Assembly: GCA_947465255.1 (NCBI GenBank) | Contig: CANIAA010000001.1 | Coordinates: 1 to 45,234 of the forward strand | DNA from: Flavobacteriales bacterium | GTDB lineage: Bacteria; Bacteroidota; Bacteroidia; Flavobacteriales_D; Sanyastnellaceae | Length of the DNA: 45,234 nt | Reading direction: 5' to 3' | Part shown: in pieces, positions 27,699 through 34,519 of the stretch | Layout: the number at the start of each line of letters is the position of its first letter | Numbering within the stretch: the first letter of the stretch is position 1 | Position numbers and translations under genes: made by a program | The notes under the pieces: model-generated | Databases searched by the model: none | Seen by the model: the letters and a program-made list of their open reading frames with translations, nothing else | Told to the model about the DNA's origin: nothing

Positions 27699-28712
27699 TT
27701 AGAGGGTCATATGTTCGCCGACCATTTTCGAAATAGCCTCTTGCATCAATAATTCCTTGTCGACAGGCACCACACCTACCTTCTCGCATACCAGTCCGCC
27801 GGCAATATTGGCAAGGGCAGCATACACACTCGGCTCTGCGCCGGCTGCCATGGCCAGTGATGCCACGCTGATAACCGTATCGCCGGCACCACTCACATCT
27901 AAAATTTCACGCTTATGAGCTTTTTCATGCACGAAATCTTCCGAATGATTGGCAACAACGCCCAGCTCCGAGAGTGTTACCATCGTCACCTTATTAGCCA
28001 ATTGCTGTTCCAAATGATCGATGGCTGATTTCAACGCTTTGAAGTCGTTCTTGTCAAATTCAAGCTTGAGACCTTCCTTCAATTCCTTCAAGTTGGGCTT
28101 GAAAAGCGTTGCGCCCCGATACGAGAAGAAATTGTCTTTCTTGGGATCAACGGCGGTTGGTATGCCGCGCTCATTGGCCCAGTTCAATACCGTCGAAATG
28201 ACACGCTCCGTGAGCACGCCTTTGTTATAGTCTTCGAAAATGATCACATCTACTTTCTGACGTTCGAGAATCGCCTTCACACAATCGAGCAAATGGCGCT
28301 CGTCTGTAGAGCTCAGCGGAGTTGTAATCTCTTCATCAATGCGCAACAAGTGATGTCCTTGACTGATCACACGTGTTTTCACGGTGGTCATTCGCTCGGG
28401 CGAATCGATAATACCCTCCGTAGAAAATCCATTTTCCTTCAACGTCGAACGAAATACATCTCCCTTCGTTCCGTCGCCCACTACCGATGCAATGATGGCC
28501 TTGGCACCAAGGTGCTTCACATTGAGCGCAACGTTAGCAGCGCCACCCAACCGGTTTTCTCGCTTCTGCACTTGTACAATGGGCACCGGTGCTTCCGGTG
28601 AAATGCGGTCGACCTTTCCCCAGTAATAAGCATCAATCATCACATCGCCTATAATAAGCGCCGTAAGATTATTGAAGCGGGAGAAGAGTTCAGTGATTTC
28701 GTTTTTCGTCAT
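27699..28712 (-). CDS. PfkB-family carbohydrate kinase, RfaE/HldE kinase-domain-like (heptose-7-phosphate kinase type)
   Basis: 337 aa with the N-terminus IGDVMIDAYYWGKVDRISPEAPVP, typical of RfaE domain I, and the PfkB motif DVSGAGDTVI. Confidence 0.8.
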   Translation of the reverse strand: MTKNEITELFSRFNNLTALIIGDVMIDAYYWGKVDRISPEAPVPIVQVQKRENRLGGAANVALNVKHLGAKAIIASVVGDGTKGDVFRSTLKENGFSTEGIIDSPERMTTVKTRVISQGHHLLRIDEEITTPLSSTDERHLLDCVKAILERQKVDVIIFEDYNKGVLTERVISTVLNWANERGIPTAVDPKKDNFFSYRGATLFKPNLKELKEGLKLEFDKNDFKALKSAIDHLEQQLANKVTMVTLSELGVVANHSEDFVHEKAHKREILDVSGAGDTVISVASLAMAAGAEPSVYAALANIAGGLVCEKVGVVPVDKELLMQEAISKMVGEHMTL

Positions 28713-28718
28713 GATTTC

Positions 28719-29933
28719 TTATTTCAATTGGGCAAGCCCTGCCGCAATGCGGCGAATGGCTTCCTTCAACGTTTCTTCTGATGTTGCGTAGCTGATGCGA
28801 ATGCAGTTGGCGTCACCAAACGCATCGCCGGTTACGAGAGCCACATGCTGCGTGCGCAACAGATACATCGATAGATCAGTTGCGTCGTTGATGGTGTGTT
28901 CGCCGTCTGTTTTTCCGAAGTACGACGACACATCCGGGAAGAAATAAAACGCGCCCTCCGGCTTATTGAGCTTGATGCCCGGAATTTCTTTCAGTAAGTC
29001 ATACACCAAATCGCGGCGCTTACGGAAAGTATCAATCATCGGTTGAATCACCTCCGGATCGGCTTCCATAGCGGCCTTCGTTGCCATCTGCGCAATGCTG
29101 TTGGCACCGCTTGTTATCTGGCCTTGCATCTTGTTGCATGCATCGGCAATCCACTTCGGTGCGCCGATAAAACCTATGCGCCAGCCCGTCATGGCAAACG
29201 CCTTTGAAACTCCGTTCACGGTGATCGTTCGATCTATCATGTTTCCGATCGATGCAATGCTAGCAGTGCGACCGCTGAAGTTGATATGCTCGTAAATCTC
29301 GTCGCTGATTACATACAACTCTTCCTTCTGCTCAATGACACGTGCAAACGCTTCCAGCTCCTCGCGGCTGTATACCGAGCCTGTAGGATTGCATGGAGAA
29401 GAATAGATTATGAGCTTCGTCTTTTCATTGATGGCCTGCTCGAGTTGCTTTGCTGTAATCTTGAAATCTTGATCTACAGTGGCCGCAAGCATTACTGGAA
29501 TGCCGCCAACCAATCGGACCATTTCGGCGTAGCTCACCCAAAAAGGACTTGGCATGATCACCTCATCGCCCGGATTTACCAATGCGTAAATCGTATTGGC
29601 GATCGCTTGCTTGGCACCTGTCGAGATGACTATTTGCTCGGGTGAATAGTCGAGGCCATTGTCGCGCTTGAACTTGGCTGCAATCGCCTTGCGCACTTCC
29701 GGAATACCATTTACCGGCGGGTAGTGCGTGACGTTATTATCAATTGCATTTTTCGCAGCGTCCTTGATGAAATCGGGCGTATTGAAATCGGGTTCACCCA
29801 GCGAGAGACTCACAATGGGATGACCCTGTGCGGCGAGCTCGCGGCTGAGGCGAGCCATAGCCAGGGTCGCCGACTCGTTGAGTTGGCTGAGAAGGTGGGA
29901 TACATTGCCCGTCTTGCTTTGCGTTTGTTGCAT
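28719..29933 (-). CDS. Class I pyridoxal-phosphate-dependent aminotransferase (aspartate aminotransferase type)
   Basis: 404 aa with GEPDF, NPTG and the PLP-lysine block SKAFAMTGWRIG. Confidence 0.85.
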   Translation of the reverse strand: MQQTQSKTGNVSHLLSQLNESATLAMARLSRELAAQGHPIVSLSLGEPDFNTPDFIKDAAKNAIDNNVTHYPPVNGIPEVRKAIAAKFKRDNGLDYSPEQIVISTGAKQAIANTIYALVNPGDEVIMPSPFWVSYAEMVRLVGGIPVMLAATVDQDFKITAKQLEQAINEKTKLIIYSSPCNPTGSVYSREELEAFARVIEQKEELYVISDEIYEHINFSGRTASIASIGNMIDRTITVNGVSKAFAMTGWRIGFIGAPKWIADACNKMQGQITSGANSIAQMATKAAMEADPEVIQPMIDTFRKRRDLVYDLLKEIPGIKLNKPEGAFYFFPDVSSYFGKTDGEHTINDATDLSMYLLRTQHVALVTGDAFGDANCIRISYATSEETLKEAIRRIAAGLAQLK

Positions 29934-30022
29934 ACGTAGTGTGTTTGCTCACCGCTCTTCAATATGCGACGCGGCGAACGACAAAAATAGTTTCAAATAC
30001 CTTGGCTACAAGGGCCCAGGCT

Positions 30023-31738
30023 TTAGAATTGGAAATAAATGAACGGGTGCATATCGGCCGACATAACCTGATAGGCGAAGAAGATAACACCGATGCAAAT
30101 GAGGGCTAGCGCAGGAATAGGAAGCATTGAAAAACGTGCACGATAGCTCTCCTTGAATGATGAAGGCAACCAGTGCACAATCATCCCGAATAAAAACACA
30201 AGGAAAACAGTGCTGTATGCCATCAAAACCTGAGGCGCCACGCTCCAATCCATGTGCAGGAATATTTGCTCTAACATGGAGGTAGCCGACCAGAATTCCG
30301 ACCAGATGTCGTGCTGCTCGTCGAGGCCTGTCCACGACGTATTGCTACCCGCGCGGAACCAAACACGTGTGAGCGTAATGAAAGAGAAGGTCAGGAAAAT
30401 GACCCACGCCCGCACATACCATCGGTCTTTGTGATTTTCCCAGGGACTGATTTTTTTCCAGAGCTTGTAGAACACAAGTGCGAACCCATTGAGCGCTCCC
30501 CAAATGATGAAGTTCCAACTCGCGCCATGCCACAAGCCGCCAATGATCATGGTGATCATCAGATTCAGATTCGTATTGAGCCAGCCGGCAAATGACTTTA
30601 CCCATTGTGCCACAACGAGCGCCAAAGCCATTGCACCTGCTCCTACTGCAATAACCATCCAAGACGATGCGAGTGCACCTACAACCAAAACGATGATGGA
30701 AAGCGTTACGTAGGTTCCAATTGTTCCTGCTTGATTGCCTCCCAGTGGTATGTATAGGTAATCGCGCAGCCAGTTGCTAAGCGACATGTGCCAGCGCCGC
30801 CAGAAGTCAGCCACGCTAACGGCCTTGTAGGGAGAGTTGAAATTCTTGGTGAGGTGGAAGCCCATTAGCAGCGCCACACCGATAGCCATATCGGTATATC
30901 CCGAAAAGTCGGCATAGACCTGAAGGCTGTAGCCATAGATAGCCATGAGATTTTCAAAACCCGTGTAGGAAGTCGGGCTGGCAAAGATTCGATCGATGAA
31001 GTTGACAGCGATGTAGTCGGCAAGTAGAATTTTTTTAATGAAGCCATTGAGAATCCAGAAGATTGCCAAGCCCCATTCAGCGCGCGTGAGCTGATACTCC
31101 TTGTAGAGCTGTGGAATCAGATCGGTGGAGCGCACAATAGGCCCGGCCACCAGTTGGGGGAAGAACGTAACGAAGAAGGCGAAATCGGTGAAGCGTTCCA
31201 CGGGCTTAAGGGTACCGCGATATACCTCCACCGTATAACTGATGCTTTGAAAGGTGAAAAACGAAATACCGATGGGAAGAATAATCTTGTCGACCTCGAA
31301 GTGACTGCCGAAAAAGCCATTGCTCCAATACGCCAGCACATTGAACACGCTGCCCGTGCTGCCGGTCATGGTGTTGTAAATATCGGTGAAGAAGTATGCG
31401 TATTTGAAATAGAACAGCACACCCAGGTTCATGCATATGCTGAGCGCAAGCCAGCGCTTTTTCGCAGCAGCATCTTGCGTAGAAAAAATCTTCTTCCCGA
31501 CTAAAAAATCCCACACTGCCGTGAAAAGCAAGAGCAGGAAAAACAAACCCGTGGTCTTGTAATAAAAGAAGATACTGGCTATGAAAAGAAACGTGTGACG
31601 CAGCGTGCGGCTGCGATGCACAAACGCATCGACGATAAGCACCAATGCGAAGAAGATCCAAAAATTAATGGCAGTAAAGATGAACGGCGCCTTCGGATCA
31701 AACGCTAAAAACGATGTGATGGTCGACCACACGTGCAT
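30023..31738 (-). CDS. MBOAT family membrane-bound O-acyltransferase (AlgI/DltB-like)
   Basis: 571 aa and polytopic. The conserved His block GGLWHGASWNFIIWG and the WRRWHMSLSNWLRDYLY motif are present. Confidence 0.85.
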   Translation of the reverse strand: MHVWSTITSFLAFDPKAPFIFTAINFWIFFALVLIVDAFVHRSRTLRHTFLFIASIFFYYKTTGLFFLLLLFTAVWDFLVGKKIFSTQDAAAKKRWLALSICMNLGVLFYFKYAYFFTDIYNTMTGSTGSVFNVLAYWSNGFFGSHFEVDKIILPIGISFFTFQSISYTVEVYRGTLKPVERFTDFAFFVTFFPQLVAGPIVRSTDLIPQLYKEYQLTRAEWGLAIFWILNGFIKKILLADYIAVNFIDRIFASPTSYTGFENLMAIYGYSLQVYADFSGYTDMAIGVALLMGFHLTKNFNSPYKAVSVADFWRRWHMSLSNWLRDYLYIPLGGNQAGTIGTYVTLSIIVLVVGALASSWMVIAVGAGAMALALVVAQWVKSFAGWLNTNLNLMITMIIGGLWHGASWNFIIWGALNGFALVFYKLWKKISPWENHKDRWYVRAWVIFLTFSFITLTRVWFRAGSNTSWTGLDEQHDIWSEFWSATSMLEQIFLHMDWSVAPQVLMAYSTVFLVFLFGMIVHWLPSSFKESYRARFSMLPIPALALICIGVIFFAYQVMSADMHPFIYFQF

Positions 31739-31743
31739 AGTTG

Positions 31744-32841
31744 CTACTTGCCTTTAAACGTAAGTGTTTTCTTGGGGCGATCGCTCTTCGGCTTGTCTTC
31801 GCTTGACTGTCGCGGGCGCTCCGGCTCGCTTTCTCGTGGTTTTTGCGGGCGAGCGGCCGGCGATTTTGTTTTTGGAACGAATGGTTTGTCGACCCATTCA
31901 GCTTCTGCCGGTGCCTCCTTTTTGGGAGCCCTGGCGGGTCTTACGGATGGCCCATCTCCTTCTTCTTCTGAAAGCAACTTGGTATTTTCCCAACCCTCGG
32001 GGATTTCGCCAGTCTTATTGAACTTGATGCCCATCCTGGTGAGCAATATCTTTCCTTCCTTGAATAGCATGCCTGCCGCCTTTTTGAAGGTCTTCTTTGA
32101 CATATGCAGGCGCAGTTTGACTTCTTCCGGATCGGTATCGTCGTTGAGGCGCACGTATCCACCATTGGCCTCGAGGTAGTTCATGATTTTCACTTTCGCG
32201 TCGTCGAGCAATTCCATGCCCTCGCGCTGCATACTCACTACAATATCTTTTCCCTCGACCTTGCGCACGTAGCCCTTTATCTTTTCACCAAGTCGCACGT
32301 TATCGGTCATTTCCTGACGGAAAAGAGCACCTACGTATTTGCCGTCGATGATAACACGGCGACCGATTTCAATTTTCTCGGCGATGGTCATCATCACTTC
32401 GTCGCCACGCTTGTAGGGAATTTCCCGACCGCGCAAATAGCGATTCAGTTTGGTGGTGGCATAGAGGCGGCGGTTTTCCGGATCGTCGAGCAAAATGACG
32501 AGCGCCATGCGGCCATCTTCCAAACTCTCCACCTGTTCGGCATGCGGAATAAGGATATCGCGGCGCGTACCAATGCTGATGAAGGAGCCCAGACTATTGG
32601 AGCTGAGCACGCGGTAGCAGCCCACTTCGCCCACCTGCAACGAAGGCAACTCGGTGGTTGCCTCGAGGTTGCGTTCTTCGTTGTAGTAGGTGAATACCTC
32701 CACTTCAGTGCCGGGTTCTGTTTTGGGCTTGAGTTCTCGGCGGCCTATAAACACATTATCGGCCTCACTGCCCAGCAGATAGCCCTTTTCAACTACCTCA
32801 AATACAGGCAGGGTTTGAATTGTACCCGGATGAATTTGCAT
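31744..32841 (-). CDS. CvfB/YitL-family S1-like RNA-binding protein with basic disordered C-terminal extension
   Basis: ORF 31744..32889, with the likely start at Met17 (MQIHPGT). Repeated S1-like segments are followed by a winged-helix region, GGYVRLNDDTDPEEVKLRLHMSKKTFKKAAGMLFKEGKI. An extra tail of about 85 aa is rich in P/K/E/R. Confidence 0.8.
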   Translation of the reverse strand: MQIHPGTIQTLPVFEVVEKGYLLGSEADNVFIGRRELKPKTEPGTEVEVFTYYNEERNLEATTELPSLQVGEVGCYRVLSSNSLGSFISIGTRRDILIPHAEQVESLEDGRMALVILLDDPENRRLYATTKLNRYLRGREIPYKRGDEVMMTIAEKIEIGRRVIIDGKYVGALFRQEMTDNVRLGEKIKGYVRKVEGKDIVVSMQREGMELLDDAKVKIMNYLEANGGYVRLNDDTDPEEVKLRLHMSKKTFKKAAGMLFKEGKILLTRMGIKFNKTGEIPEGWENTKLLSEEEGDGPSVRPARAPKKEAPAEAEWVDKPFVPKTKSPAARPQKPRESEPERPRQSSEDKPKSDRPKKTLTFKGK

Positions 32842-32954
32842 GATTTCCTCGCATTTTCTCGGCAGGCGAGATTGCCTCCGATTGTGCAAAGAAACGGCTA
32901 ATGTTCGGGTGTTCGGTCATAAACAACGCAAAGTGCTAACAATGGGGTGAGGGA

Positions 32955-33242
32955 GAAGTGCAATGTACGAAGTGCGAAGTGCGGTCAAGGCATGACTTCT
33001 GATGGGTTGAAGGGGTGCCAAATGAGGCGCAGCTGCCATGCGCTGCTCTCTCACGATGAGGGGCCGTGGGTAAGGCCCGGGGCGCAAGGACGAAGGGCGA
33101 TGCAAAGCGTTGTGTTTCCGTAGGTTGTGCGCAAGCGAAGGGACAAGCTTATAGGAATAGTATTCCACCATACATCGTAGCAAGCCTCGCCGCAGGGCAT
33201 TAGACTCGTCCATTTGTCGGCGAACACATTCCGCACCTTCGG
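32955..33242. repeat. Heptamer-arm element copy (GAAGTGC variant) with long GC-rich core, in the 5' region of the cvfB-like gene
   Basis: Left arm 32955-32984 is GAAGTGC AATGTAC GAAGTGC GAAGTGC GG. There is a partial inverted match CCGCACCTTCGG at 33231-33242. The core contains GCGCAAGCGAAGG (33129-33141). Confidence 0.4.
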
Positions 33243-33364
33243 CATAAATAGCGGACACTGGCATAAAGCTCCTTCAGACTCATCATCAACTTAGCCCTTG
33301 AAAAGTAATGCGCATTATTCGTTCTAATTGGTTAATTATTATTTACCTTTACAACATCGTTCAC

Positions 33365-33553
33365 ATGAAGTGTTCGGAATTATTGAGGAAACTGAAACGA
33401 GCAGGTTGGATGGAACAATCGCGACGCGGATCGCACGTCAAATTGATGCATCCTGAAAGACCCGGTGTCATCATCTTTCCTGATCATGGAAGCAACGAAC
33501 TAGGCAAAGGACTTCAACTCAAAATCATGCGCGACGCAGGACTTATTCCATAA
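33365..33553 (+). CDS. hicA: Type II toxin-antitoxin system toxin, HicA family (mRNA interferase)
   Basis: ORF 33308..33553, with the likely start at Met20. MKCSELLRKLKRAGWMEQSRRGSHVKLMHPERPGVIIFPDHGSNELGKGLQLKIMRDAGL matches the YcfA/HicA pattern (G-W....GSH..........P.H...L..G....I...AGL). Confidence 0.9.
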   Translation: MKCSELLRKLKRAGWMEQSRRGSHVKLMHPERPGVIIFPDHGSNELGKGLQLKIMRDAGLIP

Positions 33554-33559
33554 ACAGTA

Positions 33560-33979
33560 ATGAAGACGAAAAACAGCAATCAGCCCAAACGTGTCGTTCC
33601 TTCCGCTATCACATGGCAACTGGAGGAGACAAAAACGGGATTTTCTGCCTACTGCGAAAAATATCCCCTCTATTCTACGGCACGCACCCTCGAATCACTG
33701 ATGCCGCAATTGAACGAGGCAGCAGCTCTCTACTTCGGCATCGCGAAAGAAGCAGATACTCATTTTCGCCACACCCTGCACATCGATTTCCAAACCTTTT
33801 TTATTCATTATAAAATCCTGAACGCCCGCATTCTCGCCGAGCGCATCGGTATGAGTCCCGCCCTGCTCTCCCAATACATCCGAGGTAAAAAAAATCCATC
33901 CCTACCGCAGCTGCAGCGCATACGACATGGCATGATGCAGATTTCGCGCGAACTGGCGGGAGTGAGGTTTGGGGGATGA
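33560..33979 (+). CDS. hicB: HicB-family antitoxin with C-terminal XRE-type HTH
   Basis: 139 aa, starting 6 nt after hicA. The N-terminus is HicB-like (ITWQLEETKTGFSAYCEKYPLYSTARTLESL). The C-terminal HTH is ILAERIGMSPALLSQYIRGKKNPSLPQLQRI. Confidence 0.8.
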   Translation: MKTKNSNQPKRVVPSAITWQLEETKTGFSAYCEKYPLYSTARTLESLMPQLNEAAALYFGIAKEADTHFRHTLHIDFQTFFIHYKILNARILAERIGMSPALLSQYIRGKKNPSLPQLQRIRHGMMQISRELAGVRFGG

Positions 33980-34167
33980 AGGAATGACCAATTACTAATG
34001 ACGAATGACTAGTGACTAGTGACTAGTGACTAATGACTAATTAGGGTGAGGGTCCGTTTTTTCGCCAAGAGCCATTGTGCCCAAGCTGAGGTCCTTTCGT
34101 TTGGGCACAATCCCCTTTCGAAAACCACCGGCCCTTGCCGTCCTTAGTCCTTCGTAATTAGTCCTTA
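33980..34167. repeat. Heptamer-arm element copy: 9 tandem heptamers plus GG, 91-nt core with 11-bp hairpin, inverted 30-nt arm
   Basis: 33982-34046 reads GAATGAC CAATTAC TAATGAC GAATGAC TAGTGAC x3 TAATGAC TAATTAG GG. The hairpin is ATTGTGCCCAA (34074-34084) / TTGGGCACAAT (34101-34111). The reverse complement of 34138-34167 is TAAGGAC TAATTAC GAAGGAC TAAGGAC GG. Confidence 0.6.
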
Positions 34168-34226
34168 AAAAATTCTACCCGAAAAGCGGTATTGCCGTCA
34201 CCCGGTAAACCACTGACTTTTGATTC

Positions 34227-34370
34227 ATGAGCCAATGCGCCACCACATCTTCCAAAAGCCCCTGCATAGTCATGCAACTCATGGCTCATTCCTGCGCTAA
34301 GAAAAAAGAGTGCTGCAAGAAGTATAAGCACGGGAAGCGTTGCAAGAAGTGCCCGAAAAGCAGTAAGTAG
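34227..34370 (+). CDS. Candidate micro-ORF: 47-aa Cys/Lys-rich peptide
   Basis: My own translation: MSQCATTSSKSPCIVMQLMAHSCAKKKECCKKYKHGKRCKKCPKSSK*. It has 7 Cys, 13 Lys (15 Lys+Arg), and a CC-x4-H-x3-C-x2-C cluster. Its TAG stop is the first triplet of the next repeat arm, as at the bona fide GT4 and permease gene ends. It is below the ORF-track cutoff and has no recognisable promoter. Confidence 0.3.
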   Translation: MSQCATTSSKSPCIVMQLMAHSCAKKKECCKKYKHGKRCKKCPKSSK

Positions 34371-34519
34371 GTACGAAGTACTAGGTACGAAGTACGGAGA
34401 GTGTCATTTTTTTTTAGTGAGTGCACGCGTGCCGAAGCGAAGTAACTATCTCTTGGGATAGAAGCCTTCGGGTCAAGGCGCGGCGTTCACCGTACTTAGT
34501 ACTTTGTAATTCGTACTTA
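34368..34519. repeat. Heptamer-arm element copy (GTAC variant): 30-nt imperfect inverted arms around a 92-nt structured core
   Basis: Left arm 34368-34397 is TAGGTAC GAAGTAC TAGGTAC GAAGTAC GG. The reverse complement of 34490-34519 is TAAGTAC GAATTAC AAAGTAC TAAGTAC GG (25/30 identical). The core has a T9 run, the palindrome GCACGCGTGC, GCCGAAGCGAAGT, and a nested CCGAAG...CTTCGG stem. Confidence 0.65.

Noticed and set aside
32104-32901. 265-aa plus-strand ORF
   Set aside because: It is antisense to the well-supported cvfB-like gene. It is rich in H/F/A/V, which is typical of reverse-frame artefacts.
32940-33260. RNase P RNA, tmRNA, SRP RNA or 6S RNA in the GC-rich intergenic core
   Set aside because: None of the universally conserved blocks I know for these RNAs (for example GAGGAAAGTCC for RNase P, or the tRNA-like end of tmRNA) are present on either strand.
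32917-33264. 115-aa minus-strand ORF in the region upstream of hicA
   Set aside because: It has the R/L/P/A-rich composition typical of translated GC-rich non-coding DNA. It coincides with the core of a repeat element and has no recognisable domain.
33982-34046. Possible CRISPR array or other spacer-repeat structure in the TGAC heptamer array
   Set aside because: The units are contiguous 7-mers with no spacers, and no cas genes are present. This is a tandem microrepeat arm, not a CRISPR array.
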